64,000 nucleotides of DNA from Eledone cirrhosa. Its lineage: Eukaryota. Where the stretch lies: assembly GCA_964016885.1 (NCBI GenBank), contig OZ024745.1:85312001-85376000 (forward strand), in the 5' to 3' direction. Numbering within the stretch: position 1 is the stretch's first letter; each line of letters opens with the position of its first letter. Below the pieces are notes generated by a model that was not told the origin of the DNA, made no database searches, and saw only the letters and a list, made by a program, of their open reading frames with translations. Made by a program: the position numbers and the translations under genes. Of the stretch, positions 29,793 to 44,242 are shown piece by piece.

Positions 29793-31262
29793 CTCCACTG
29801 ACAGCCGGGTCCGCCTGCCAGAGAGCCGTGAGCGCCTGGGCACACTCGGTGTGTCAGGCGCCCAGTTTTCTCGGTCTTTGCTTGACCCAGGATTGCAGCT
29901 CGGTGGGTGAGACGAGTCTGGGAAAGGCTCGCCTCACAAACGGGCCCACACTGGTTGACCGGTGAGGAATACCTGGAGGTGCCGTAGCCTTAATCAGTGT
30001 TTACGTATCATTAGCCACGGCATCCCCAGCCCTCCTTTCGAAGGGTGTTGACAGCAGATGGATCTCCTCACCATAGGAGCCCGCTTCTTCCAAAGGAATT
30101 GGAAGAGTGCGCGCTCCATTTTGGTGAGCGTTTCCCTTGGGCAAGGCACAACGGTCAGGCGGTAATAGATGACGGACACTATATAAGTGTTCGCCACCTC
30201 CGCCTGACCTTTCAGGGACAGTTTGCACTCGGCCCACTTCTGGGTCAGTGCAAACACCCTGTTCGTTACCTCAGCCCAGTTCTTCTCCACCTGGAGTTCT
30301 GGTCCGAACCAGACTCCGAGCAACTTCACCGGGCCCTCCGTCCAGTGCCCGACGACGCCATCAGAGGGCATCGATCTGCCCCTCCACGTGCCGAGATGCA
30401 GACCGATTGACTTGTCCCGGTTCAGCTTAGCTGTAAACCTTTCGTACTCCTCCAGTAAGGTGCCGATCGACCCGATTTCCGAGGCCGTCGACACGATTAC
30501 TGTTACGTCGTCGGCGTAGGCCGACACCGCTTTCCGCAATCCCGGTTCCAACGGGATGCCCTGCAACACCTCCAACTTCCGCAGCAGTGGCTCTAGAGTC
30601 ATTACATACAGAAGGGAGGAGAGAGGGCACCCTTGTCGGATGGACCGCGCGATCTCTAACGGCTCCGAGAGGTAGCCGTTCACCTTGACCCTAGAACAGA
30701 TGCGGCTGCTGTGCATGGCATTGATCCAGCCCCTGAAAACGGGTCCGAAGCCTGCCGCCGCTAGCACCGCATCCAGGTAACCATGGCCGACCCTATCAAA
30801 CGCCTTAGATTGATCCAAGTTGATCAGGGCCCCACCAAAGCCGGGTTCGTTCCCAACCCTCTCTATGATGTATCGAATGAGGTGGAGGTTGTCGTGGATG
30901 GACCTGGACGGGATAGCACATGTCTGCGCATCTCCCACCAGGTTGCCCACGACAAGCGCCAACCTCTTTGCTAGCACCTTGGCCAAAATCTGTAACTCTG
31001 TATTTAGCAGAGTTATGGGCCTGAAATTATTTATATCGTCCCCCTTGTTCTCGTCCTTCCTCATTTGCGTGACTACGCCCTTGGTCACAGTACAGGGAAT
31101 TCTCCCATTCTGTTGCCAGTTGCAGTAGACCGGCTCGAGGAGATCATGGAACCAGTCCGGCATAGCTAGATATAGTTCGTATGGAACACCATCGAGACCC
31201 GGGGATTTGCGTTTGCCGCATTGGCTCAGCACGTCCTCTATCTCAGCGGCTGAAATCGGCTG
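29793..31262 (-). mobile_element. L1/Tx1-clade LINE RT fragment (ORF 29994-31232)
   Basis: KSPGLDG, FRPITLLN, LDQSKAFDRV, RQGCPLS, AYADD, GGLGMP; GC-rich relative to flanks. Confidence 0.88.
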
Positions 31263-32998
31263 AAAAAAAAGAAAAAGAAAGAGCGGAAGGTGAAGAAGAT
31301 GAAGAAATGTATGTAAAGAGAAAACCCCAAATGAGAGATTTATGAGGGAAGGGGGTACTGTAATTATTTATTTATTTATTTATTTATTTAGTGTTAAGGA
31401 TACGGGGAGAAATAAAACAAAAACAAAAATAAATAAGGAGAGGTAGATCGAGTAATATCTATTATACGAGGTGGGAGAGATAGGGGAGGGGTGAGATACA
31501 GGAGATAGAGTTAAAATAGCCGATACATAAGTCCCGTTAAATGTAGAAGGGAGGAGGAGAGGAGATATACTTAGAAATAAAAATGATAGTCTTAAAATAT
31601 TATGTTTCATCAGTCTATCAATTCCTATGAATTATAATGTAAATATCAATATTCATGAATGAGACACATATCAATAATGTGTGAAAAAATAATGCCTATA
31701 TGTTTAGTTTAAAAATTCTTAGGTTTACAATCAAAATCTGAGATAAAACTTCAACAAAAATACTGAAATACATAAGTATATATGTATTTTCATGAGAAAA
31801 GAGAAAAAGAAAAGAAGAAAGAAAAAGAGAAGGTTATCTCAAATTGACATTATAGACATATGTGAGCCTACGTGAACAGCTCTGTAAATTTTTATTTCAC
31901 ATGAAAAGCTTCATTGCGTTAAAAGAGATTTTACCGTACATATATGTACATACATACATATACATAAAATATAATATACATTATTAGTAATAATAATAAT
32001 ATTCTTGCCCTCTCATACATTGGTGAATAATTTTGGTTTTGTTTGCTTTTGATTCTGATTGCTTCTAATGAACTTGGCAATATATTGTCAAATAAATTGG
32101 AAGGATTGATTGATATGCGGGGCACAATGTGTTTTTTACGGCCCTAGATATTCTGGGGAGTGAAATATTCTTGGCGTTTTTAATATTTTAGTATTTTAAT
32201 ATATTGATATCTGTTCTATTCTATGCTTGAACGATAATCATGTATAATCAGGGCAAGAATATTATTATTATTACTAATAATGTATATTATATTTTATGTA
32301 TATGTATGTATGTACATATATGTACGGTAAAATCTCTTTTAACGCAATGAAGCTTTTCATGTGAAATAAAAATTTACAGAGCTGTTCACGTAGGCTCACA
32401 TATGTCTATAATGTCAATTTGAGATAACCTTCTCTTTTTCTTTCTTCTTTTCTTTTTCTCTTTTCTCATGAAAATACATATATACTTATGTATTTCAGTA
32501 TTTTTGTTGAAGTTTTATCTCAGATTTTGATTGTAAACCTAAGAATTTTTAAACTAAACATATAGGCATTATTTTTTCACACATTATTGATATGTGTCTC
32601 ATTCATGAATATTGATATTTACATTATAATTCATAGGAATTGATAGACTGATGAAACATAATATTTTAAGACTATCATTTTTATTTCTAAGTATATCTCC
32701 TCTCCTCCTCCCTTCTACATTTAACGGGACTTATGTATCGGCTATTTTAACTCTATCTCCTGTATCTCACCCCTCCCCTATCTCTCCCACCTCGTATAAT
32801 AGATATTACTCGATCTACCTCTCCTTATTTATTTTTGTTTTTGTTTTATTTCTCCCCGTATCCTTAACACTAAATAAATAAATAAATAAATAAATAATTA
32901 CAGTACCCCCTTCCCTCATAAATCTCTCATTTGGGGTTTTCTCTTTACATACATTTCTTCATCTTCTTCACCTTCCGCTCTTTCTTTTTCTTTTTTTT
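31263..32998. repeat. Long inverted repeat: ~749-bp arms (31263-32011 and 32250-32998), 238-bp spacer; probable fold-back of a PLE 3' region extending to 33244
   Basis: Arms read as exact reverse complements (identical 76-aa ORFs at 31380-31610 and 32651-32881). Confidence 0.9.
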
Positions 32999-33140
32999 CC
33001 TTCTTTTCCTTTTTTATTTTTTCTCCGTCTTTCTTTCTAACTGTCATTAACATTCTCACTACCATAACAACTTTTTAAATGGAAGTTGTAAATTTTCCAA
33101 GGTATGTAAAATTTATTTATAAAACTGTTTATATATTGAA

Positions 33141-33198
33141 TTTTGTCTGAAGAGGGCATATTTTTAATATTGATATCCCTGAAATATATATAATGAAA
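33141..33198 (+). ncRNA. Type I hammerhead ribozyme
   Basis: TTTTGT-CTGAAGA-GGGCATAT..ATATCCCT-GAA-ATATATAT-A-ATGAAA. Confidence 0.7.
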
Positions 33199-33241
33199 TA
33201 AATATGGTTTTATAAATGTAGTTTCCATTTGTTTAATATCG

Positions 33242-33313
<72 letters not shown>

Positions 33314-33333
33314 TATAATATATATATATGTAT

Positions 33334-33421
33334 AATTGTTTCTACGTTTGGCACAAGGCCAGCAATTACCCAGTACATTACTGGTACATTATTTTATCAA
33401 CCCCGGAAGGATGAAAGGCAT
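33334..33421 (-). mobile_element. SINE family 1, 5'-truncated
   Basis: Matches 9047-9130. Confidence 0.8.
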
Positions 33422-33462
33422 TATATAATATATAATATATATAATATATATATATACATAAT

Positions 33463-33551
<89 letters not shown>

Positions 33552-34073
33552 TATAATATATATATAATATATATATAATATATATATATATAATATATAT
33601 ATAATATATATATATATATAATATATATATATAATATATATATAATATATATATAATATATATATAATATATATATATAATATATATATAATATATATAT
33701 AATATATATATATATAATATATATATAATATATATATATATATAATATATATATATAATATATATATAATATATATATAATATATATATAATATATATAT
33801 ATAATATATATATATATAATATATATATAATATATATATATATATAATATATATATATAAAATATATATATATAAAATATATAATATATATATATAATAT
33901 ATATATATATATAATATATATATATATATATAATATACATATATCATACACATATATATATATAATATATAAATATATAATATATATCTATATATATAAT
34001 ATATATATATATATATAATATATATATATCATACACATATATATATATAATATATATATATATAATATATATC

Positions 34074-34118
<45 letters not shown>

Positions 34119-34286
34119 ATATATAATATATATATATATTATATATATATATAATATATATATATATATAATATATATATATATATATAATTTATATATA
34201 TATATATATATATATAATATTTATATATAATATATATATATATATATCATATAATATATAATATATATATATATATATAATATAAA

Positions 34287-35028
34287 ATAAATATATATAT
34301 ATAACATAAGCTGGGCCACGCATATAAGCAGCAAAGTTGACATGGCACGCAGAATGTGTTCCTGGATCCTGAGAACCTTCCAGTCGAGAGATTCCCACAC
34401 CATTATCCTTCTCTTCTCTACTTTTGCCCGACCACACCTTGAATACTGTTGTCCACTGTGGTCTCCCCACACGAAACAAAGTATCATGAAACTTGAAGCT
34501 CCTCAAAGGGCAATCACGAAAAAGATAGATGGCATGTCAGACCCTGACTACTGGGGTCGACTAGAAAAGCTGAAACTTTACTCACTCCAACGTCGCCGTG
34601 AGCGTTATATTATCTGCATGATGTGGAAAATGTTCCATCATCACTGCCCAAATGATGTTGGCATCGCCTCCAAGATACACCCAAGGCTTGGGCCCCGTGC
34701 TATCCGTCCCATTCAAAAATCTAAATCGCAACTCATAACAACAATACGGCACAATTATTTCACCTCAATCGGCCCTGCTTTCTTCAACATCACACCAGGA
34801 CACGTCAAAACAGAAACTGACCACACAAAATTCAAGAAGTCTTTGGACAAATTCCTCCAAGTAATCCCGGACAAACCACCCACACCCGGATATGTCTCCG
34901 CAAACAGTAATTCTCTTCTCGAATGGGCCATGGTGCCCAAATCCTGAATTGAAAGACTTCGCCAGGTGGTGTTATTAAGTTAGACATGGCCTGGGCCAAT
35001 ACTGGCCAAAACATTTCAAAGTCAAAGC
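34287..35028 (+). mobile_element. CR1-group LINE 3' fragment (ORF 34342-34947)
   Basis: WILRTF..RPHLEYCCPLWSP..LYSLQRRRERY..FKKSLDKFL C-terminal domain. Confidence 0.85.
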
Positions 35029-35056
35029 TATATATATATATAATATATATATATAT

Positions 35057-35172
<116 letters not shown>

Positions 35173-35203
35173 ATATATTAAATATATATATTATATATAT
35201 ATA

Positions 35204-35458
35204 ACAAAGGAAATGTGGTAAGGAACCAGATGGACCATAACGCACCAAATTACTCAAAACTTAGGGTAGTAGAGTGGGTAATAGGAACGAGTAGGACCTT
35301 GACGGCTGAGCTCAAGCGGTTTCGACGTCGAAACGGCTTGAGATCAGCCGTCAAGGTCCTACTCGTTCCTCTTACCCACTCTACTAGTACAGAATTAGCC
35401 GTCGAAACGGCTTGAGCTCAGCCGTCGGGGTCTTACTTACTCCTATATATATACATAT

Positions 35459-35504
<46 letters not shown>

Positions 35505-35669
35505 AACGAGTAGGACCCTGACGGCTGAGCTCAAGCCGTTTCGACGTCGAAACCGCTTGAGCTCAGCCGTCAAGGTCCTACTCGTTCCTATTACCCACTC
35601 TACTACCCTAAGTTTTGAGTAATTTGGTGCGTTATGGTCCATCTGGTTCCTTACCACATTTCCTTTGTT
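35204..35669. repeat. Nested palindromes built from a pLTR-like 3' end carrying a half-hammerhead
   Basis: Hairpins centred on TTTCGAC|GTCGAAA at ~35327 and ~35545; outer arms are reverse complements. Confidence 0.8.
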
Positions 35670-35723
35670 ATATATATATATAATATATATATTTAATATA
35701 TATATATAATATATATATTTAAT

Positions 35724-35900
<177 letters not shown>

Positions 35901-35902
35901 AT

Positions 35903-36046
<144 letters not shown>

Positions 36047-36084
36047 TATATATATAATATATATATATATATAATATATATATA

Positions 36085-39000
36085 TTTTTTTTCTTTTCTT
36101 TTTTTTCTTTTTCCTGTTTCAGCCATCCGGCTGAGGGCATGCTGGAGCACCGCCCTTGTTGCTACACATTTTGTCTCCAGCCTGTATAGGTTGCCCACTG
36201 GTGTAAGAAGGAGTTTGTTGCTGCTGCCCTTATGTGGGCTCATCCGGGATCCTGGATAACAAGGTGTCGAGATGTTTCTTGAAGACATCCACCTCCATGT
36301 CATGAAAATCTCTCAGATCTCTCGGCAACTTGTTATAGAGTTGAGGGCCCTTGAATCCCAGGCTATTGCAATACCTGCTCCTTATACTAGATGTGGAAGA
36401 GGGGACCTTTGGCACCACACAGTGACGTCCTATTCGACGGTTGGTCCAGCTCCCAATGCCAAAGTTTGGTGCTAGTCCTTTCAGGATTTTCCACATGTAG
36501 ATCACTGCGTATCTCTCCCGTCTTCGCTCCAAGGAGTACAGCTTCAGTTCCTTTAGCCTCTCCCAGTAGCCTGTCTCCCCTCATCTTGGCAATCCTCTTG
36601 GTGTAGCTTCGCTGGATTGCCTCAAGCTCCGTGGTTAGTTTGACACTATGGGGTGACCACAACTGGGAGCAGTAGTCCAGGCGGCTTAGGACAAATGTCC
36701 TCCATAGTTTCAACATAGTGTCTCGATCTCTTGTCCGGAAAGTCCTCAAGATCCACTCAGCGAGTCGTCTGCACATTGTCGCCACTTTCATGATGTGTGA
36801 TGAAAAAGATGCATCATCGCTCATGTCTATGCCCAGGTCTTGTATAGATTTTGACACGGGGATATCGGTCCCTCCTGGTCCTGTGTAGTTGTGTTGTACT
36901 ATATTTGTGTTTGCAGGTTTGCTTGGAGGTTTGTATTGTAGGGCTTGGAATTTGCCAGCATTAAACTGCATGTTGTTTTCTTCTGCCCATTTGTATATGG
37001 CATCCAGATCCTGCTGTAAAAGGGCAGGTGTCAGCCGGGTTTTTGATTGCCTGTGCTACCTTAGTGTCATCAGCATAGCTAGTGAGGGATGTTGTTGTAT
37101 ATACTACAGAGGGCATGTCTGAGAGAGCCACCCAAAACAGTAGTGGTCCCAGGACTGTCCCCTGGGCACCCCACTTGTTATTGGTGTTTCCTTTGAGAAG
37201 GCCCCACTTGCTGCGACTTCCTGGCTTCTGTCCTTTCGGAAGTCTTGCAGCCACTCACCTACTTTTCCAGTTATGCCGACTCCGTTTAGTTTGTGATATA
37301 TCATTCCGTGGTTGACCTTGTCAAAGGCCTTCGCAAAGTCAAGATATATCACGTCCACATGTGAGCTGTCTATTAGTTGTTTCAGTACCCAGTCGTAGTG
37401 ATGTAGCAGCTGTGTAAGGCAGCTTCTTCCTGGGCGGAAGCCATGTTGCGTGCTAGTCAGGCGGTCATTTTCCTCGAGGAAAGTGATCAGTTTCTTTCTG
37501 ACGACTCGCTCCATGACCTTACTGATATGCGATGTCAGGGAGACTGGCCTATAACTTTTGGCCTCCGCTCTGCTACCTCCTTTATGGATATAGCATATTG
37601 TGCCATCTTTCTGCTCCCTGGGTAGTACACCGCTAGCCAAGGAGCTTCTGAAGAGCATCTTCAGTGGAGTTGATAAGACCCGCTTACATATTTTTAAGAG
37701 AACTGCTGGGAATCCATCAGGTCCAGCAGCCGAGTCTGTTCTAATTTCATCAATGGCGTACACCACGTCCTCCTCCGTTATGTCTATGTGGTTGATGGTT
37801 GCCATTTCTTCATGTAGAGTTGTGGAATCAAAGAACTCCTCTGGCTTCGTTATTTGCATGTGCCTCAGTGGACATGTGAACACACTTTTGTACTGTTCGT
37901 TCAGTATTTCACATATCTCTTGGGGGTTTTCGGTTAATGAACCGTCCGTATGGAAGAGTGGCCCAATCTTGCAGTATACTGAGGCAGTTTCTTTTGCAAA
38001 TTTAAAGAAGGCGTTAGGGTTTGTTTTAATGTTTTCTATGGCCCTGTTCTCTTTCTTTGCCCTCTTATTCTCATGGGAAAGCTTGAGTGCAATCTCGGTG
38101 CCAAGTAATGCACATTTCAAATAGGATTCCTTATTGTTTTTGTTTTGTTGACTATTCAACTGGTTTGAGAGTTTGGTTCTACGTCTCATAAGGATTTTCC
38201 TATCTCTGGGAATAAGATTTTTGTGTCTGTTTGCCTTTTTTTCCGGGACAAACGTTTTTGCATATAGTGTGTATCGTTGTCATGAAGTGTTGAAATTGTG
38301 TGTTAGTGTCTTGTGTGGCGGTGTTTTCACTCCATGTTTGCTTCCAGATTTCTCTCTTAATCTTTTTTCAGTTAGCCTTGTAGAAGTTAAGGCTAGATAA
38401 CGTCCCGGAGCTTCTTGGTGGTTTTGTCTCTGTTGGTTCTCTTGGACCACATATCATTAGCTCTACTAAGTTATGATCCGAGAGAATTGTTGGTGTCACC
38501 TTTACATTGTGGATGAGAACTTCGTTGTTTGTAAAACAGAGGTCCAGGACATTTCCGCCTCTTGTTGGGAGGAGTATTGCTTGCTCCATGAACAGCCTGT
38601 GTGTGAAGGCCAGCAGGGATTCCGTCTGTCTCTGTTCTATTGACGTCATTCCAGAGAGGAGGTGACTCTCAGGCCATTTGACCTTTGGTAGGTTGAAGTC
38701 TCCTAGCAGTAGAATGTTGAGACCCTGGTCCAGTTTGTCAAGGACCTCTTCTATCCTACTTAGGCTATCCTCAAATTTACCCTCATGACTGGGGGCATCG
38801 GGTGGCCGATATGTGACACATATTACTGTCTGTAGTTGCTTCATATGTACTATCAGTGTGTCACAGACTGAGTTTGAATGTGTCAACAGTACAATTGGTG
38901 TGACATGTTCACGGATATACAGAGCAACCCCACCATGAGTTCTCTCCTTCCTGTCCCAACGAAATACAGTATATTTCGGTATATGTATTTCTGCATCTGC

Positions 39001-39797
39001 TATACTGCTTGCCAGGTGCGTTTCGGTTAGTGCCATTCATAATGCTTGATTGCTTATGGCTAAGTCTCCCAGGTAGGAAATTTTACTCATGTTACTGGGT
39101 TTCACCAGGCCTCTGACATTCAGCAGCAGCACTGGTGTGACTTTTGGGGTGCCAGTAATGGCTGTCGGTATGACACCTGGTCTGGTGTCAGCGGCGGCCA
39201 CTCTGGGTCTCTTAGCTGTGGTGGTCTCGATTGCTGGTGTGGGTGACCCTGGCTCTGGAGACGATGCAGCCAGGTCAGCTGTCCCACAATCTTCTCTGCC
39301 ATCACTAAAAATTGTTCTGCTCTGCTGCTGCCATCTGTATCTCGTCGGCATGTGCGTGCCTTCTCCTTGTTGGTGCGGCACGCGTGACGTCAGCATACTT
39401 CTGGAGCGGCTTATTTCGGCTTTGGCTGGGGCATGTTGCGCAAGTAGGATGGGCATAGTTCGTTTGAGTCCTAGGGTGGGCGAATCTGCATCCCATCCCT
39501 GTCTCTCCATGCCAGCATGTCCCGTTCTTGAAAAACTTGCACATTACTTCGGTTTTTTTTTGCTCCCAGTGTCCCGGTGCTTTCTGTTCTTCCTTTGAAC
39601 AGTTGTCCACTGCTCCCTCTGCGCTTGGTTCTCCTTCGGAAGGTGATTTCACTTTTCACCTTTGCCCTTTGCTTGTTGGTTGCCCGGCCTGCCCTCCCTG
39701 ACTGTGGCGGATGGTATCTCATTTTCTTTCAGGTCCGTGCTTGTGTTCTCCTGCTTTTCTTTTTCCTTCTCCCTATCCTCTCCATTCTCTTCGGTAT
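36085..39797 (-). mobile_element. CR1-group LINE copy 1: CCCH-finger ORF1-like region, APE endonuclease and RT, frameshifted
   Basis: LNVRGL, LTETHL, GGVALY, YRPP, GDFN, SDH; YLDFAKAFDKV, YADD, RRRERY. Confidence 0.92.
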
Positions 39798-39920
39798 ATA
39801 TTATATAAATATATATTATATATATATATATTATATATATTATATATATATTATATATATATATATTATATATATATATATTATATATATATATTATATA
39901 TATATATATATCATATATAT

Positions 39921-42346
39921 GTTGGTTGTATACCAACACCTTAGTATGCAGGCTGGAGCACTCGACGAAGTGCGCAGGTTGGTTTGGTTACTCCGGAGTA
40001 ATGTAAAATAAAGTTAAATAAAAGTCAAATGATTAAAATTTAGCTTCGTTTATTACTGCTATATATATTTCAGTGACAGCCATCTTTGGATGTGACCTCT
40101 TCAGGCAGTTTGAATTAGTATGGTATAGACAAGTACATATGTTGTTAAGGTGTATAATATTGTCAATACTCTGATATGCCCAGTTCCTTGTTGGATTGTT
40201 ATTTCACTGAGGAACTGGAGTCATATGAATTCAAACAAACGAATTTCAGTGTCAAAGGTCCTCTCCTCCTCTCATTGGCAGTTATTAGAACATTCCTCAT
40301 TCTAAGTGTTGTTATTGTTGGAGTTAGCTTAAAAAATTTATAAAATAGTAGAAGGGACAAGGTGTTAAAGGAACAAAATAACAAAAAAGGTGTCCAACTT
40401 CCCATTGGTCAGTTCTGAGAGCATTCCTCAGCCAGAAGTCTATAGAATTCTTTCTGGGGTGAGGCTCCCTGTAGTGTTTTTGCTTGCTATTGTTCAGTAC
40501 ATTTGACCTCTACCATTATTTTGGTAGTGTTGTTGGTGTTGTTGTCAGCTTATATCTTGCTGCTGCTAACAATTTAGAAGTATCCAGTGTGTGTTTTTTC
40601 ATCATCCCTCCTGCCACCATCATAGTGGTGGTGGTGGTGGGGCGGTGGGGGGGGGGGGGGGGGGTTCTTCCATGTATATGAAGAAATATAAGGCAATAAA
40701 TGAAGAAAACAGAAAATAAATAAATAATATAATAAAATAATTAATATAATTTGTATAATTTGAAAATAAATAAATAAATAGAGAATAAAGAATAAAGAAT
40801 AAATGAAAAATTGGTGAAAAAGTAATGAAAATAAATATGAAGAAGTGAGAAATAATGTAGGATAAAGTGTATGTGTGCTATAACCAATCTCAATGTCAGA
40901 ATATGTTGGATAGGTTGGTATGAGACAAGATGTTAAGATGAGATAATCAAACTAAATGTGTTTGTGTTATAATCAATCTCAACTTGAAAATAAATATAAG
41001 GTGATACAGTGAAGACGGCAGAAAACAAATAACAAATTAATAAAGAGAAATCAAGATTTAAGATTGGAACTTGAAAATCAGAAATCTAGTAAATTAAAAA
41101 GTGTTTGTGTTATATAGATGTTGGCCAAATTATAATGGCTGTGTCCGATTCTATCTCTAGGCTATCATGGTGTCTGCTCAGCCTGGGTTGTTCCCTATGG
41201 CTTGAGGGGAGTTCACAACCTAGGGTGTTGTTACTGCCCATATAGCTTGAAGGAGGTCTGGCCGAGAGGTGTTTTCATGTTCTGTAGAAGTCCCTATAGC
41301 TTGAGGGGTGTTCACATCTTCTTGTGTTGCTACTGTCCATATATCTTGAGAAAGGTCCCGGCTCTAAGGTGTCTGCATGTCCCGAAGAAGTCGGTTCTGA
41401 GGTTTATCAGGCTGCTTCCACCTCTTAGTATCTCGAGGGTTTCGTTCAGGCATAGTTTGCATATGCAAGATCCCCCTTTATCGGGTGGTACTTTCCTGAT
41501 TATGTACCAGGCCAGAGAGTATGGGGTCCTGTCCAGCTTAAGCTTCCAGATCAGGTCGGAGAGAGCTGTGCTTTTCCTTTTGGCCTCCTTCTTGAATGAA
41601 TGGCGATGGTTGTACCAGCGGTGTTTAAAGCTCGTTGATGTGGCTCCTATGTAGATGTATTCGGAGTTGGGGGTTTTAACCCTACAACCGTACACTAGGT
41701 TCTTCTTGAGGCATTCATTACCAAGGGGGCATGATTCGAGGTTTCTGCAGTTGCAGAGGGTGTTCGGCCTCTGCGTGCCTAGATTAGGGTTCCCGTTATG
41801 TGTTACATGTTGGTCTTCCCCCAGGCTCGGTGGGGGGTCCTCGGGTCTGTTTGGGTTTCTTGGGTGGGCTCTGGGTCCCCTCTTCCCTCCTTTCACATGG
41901 TTCTGCTGAGCGTTTTTATTGCCATCTTCTGGTTGTGTGTGGTTTTTAAGCCTACTTCTGTTGATGCTAGCTATGTGTTGGGCCAAATTTCTCGTGGTGG
42001 AATACGAAAGCTTCACGGTGTGTCTGTTGAAGATCCTGTGGTATATGTGGTCCCTCGGGAAGCATTTGTCAAGTGATCCAAAGAATAATCGGGCCAAGCT
42101 TTTCTTTAGGGCCGCTGAGTAGGGTGGGTTGTTCCACGTGATTTTTCGGTGTCTCCTCCCATAAGTGTGGGTCGAGGGCTCCGTGATTTGTTGGAGATTT
42201 GTTGGGTTGCTGGTGGTTTCCGCACTGTTGCTTCCTCTTTGGGCTCTATGCTTTTTGTTATCTTCGCGGGCCGAATGTGTGGGGTGGTCGTTGTCCTCCC
42301 CGGGAAATCCATCGTGAAAATGACATAGATCTCCCGGGAGATCCAT
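39921..42346 (-). mobile_element. Hydra-clade-like PLE 3' part (H2); ORF 41330-42346, long 3' region ending in an HHR-bearing pLTR
   Basis: ITWNNPPYS; CNCRNLESCPLGNEC; LVY..YIGATSTSFKHRWYNH; CKLC..CRH. Assigning 39921-41200 to the same element is inference. Confidence 0.78.
40055..40109 (-). ncRNA. Type I hammerhead ribozyme
   Basis: ACTGC-CTGAAGA-GGTCACATCCA aaga TGGCTGTCACT-GAA-ATATATAT-A-GCAGT; stem II imperfect. Confidence 0.72.
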
Positions 42347-42509
42347 CGGGAAAATGACATAGGAAAAGGTTTAAATATAAGGGGAGATAAGGTAGAAAGA
42401 GAATACAAGAGTACAGAACGTGGATTCAGCAGGTAAAAAAACCGTAGTAGAAGTAAAGAGCAGACAGGGAGTTCAAGGCGCTTGAGTTATAATAGGAATG
42501 TCAATCCAG

Positions 42510-44184
42510 TTACAGATCAGATGTGATTTCAGATGAGGACAACATAGACCAATCGATAGAGTACGAGATGTTTTTATCCTTGAATTCCCACACCTTACTT
42601 GCGAGGGCCGTTGTTGTTCGTTTATTGGAGTGCTTAAAAGAAGCGAAATGTGAGTAAAACCTGGTTTTAAACATGTCCTGGGTCATGCCGACATATCGCT
42701 CACTCCTGGCTGGCTGGTTGTTAATTAAATGTGTTATTTTAGCCTCATAAACAACAGATTTGGTGTTACATTTGCCCTGCAAAGGGCATTCATCCGGCTT
42801 CCTGCAACTGCATCCTGGATTTGTTCTCGTAGGATTTGCATTAGTGATCTTGGACTTCATAGATGGGCAACAAGAGTAACTGATCTTAACTACATTTCTA
42901 TTAAATATCTTATAATATCTATAATTAGGATGAAAATGTTTATCTAAGAGGTCAAGGAATTTCCTTCCTACATTAGTTTTGACAGTTAGAGAGAAGGGGG
43001 TGTAAACCAAATAATTTTCCTTTTCCTATTATTGTGGTTAGTTTTAGGGCGAGGGAGTAGGTAAATAATTAATTTGTTCTGTAAATCCGCTGTTATTAAG
43101 GGCTTTATTATAATAAGGGGCGGCTTTATTAAAAATATCTAGAGACGAAGATAAGGTAGAAATCCTACGGCTAATGTTGGGAATAAGATTTTTAAAAACT
43201 ATAGGGGGATGGCAAGACTCTTTGTGTATATATCTAAGATTTTCGTTAGGTTTATGATAAGGTTTAAAAGAGGCGGTAAGTAGATCAAGATTAATATCAA
43301 GAAAGTTAGAATTGGTAAGGTTAGTATCTATAGTGATTTTAAGGTTGAGATTAGCAAAAGTATTGATTAAATCTTTACGGAATTTATCAAGGTTATGGCC
43401 GTTGGTTGTATGAGAAACTGCCAATCCGTCATCACGGTATAAACCGATATTATGGGAAGGAAATTTCTCTAGAAACAACGGCCTCGCAAATAAGGTGTGG
43501 GAATTCAAGGATAAAAACATCCTTACTCTATCGATTGGTCTATTTTAGACCATTCGAGGGAGTATGTATTTGTGGTTGCGTATGTATGTATTTATGTATT
43601 TGTATATGTATATTTATGTGTGATAGTGTGTGTATGTATTTATTTTTACGTATGTATGTGTACGTGCATTTGTGTGTATTGCTTACCACGTGTGTTTTTT
43701 CATTTATTTGTTGCCTGTGTCGCTGTCACCTTTATAATATTCTTTATTTTCTTTTTTGTCTTTCATATTTTTTCTTATATTTATTTGCTTGTTTGAATAT
43801 GTAGAGGTGTGTGTATATATTTCTAATTTTGTGTATGCATATGTATGCATGTATATATATGAGTGTATGTATGTGTATGTATATACGTGTGTATATACGT
43901 ATGATTGTGTGTATGTATGTGTGTATGTATATGTATGTGTGTATAGCTATGTATGTGTATGCATATGTATATATATATATTTATATTTCTCTCTATATAT
44001 ATATGTGTATATATATGTGTGTGGTTGTATATATGTATGTGTATGTATGGATATGTTGATATTTATGTGTGTATGTATGTATGTGTATATGTATGTGTAT
44101 GTATATATATACACATATATATGTGTATATGTGTGTGTGTATGTATGTGTGTATGTATATATATATGTGAATGTATATAATTGT

Positions 44185-44242
<58 letters not shown>

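Noticed and set aside
41193-41390. ~98-bp diverged tandem duplication at the H2 ORF end; 34-bp duplication at 42296-42361
   Set aside because: Ordinary local slippage or template-switch duplications with no further signal
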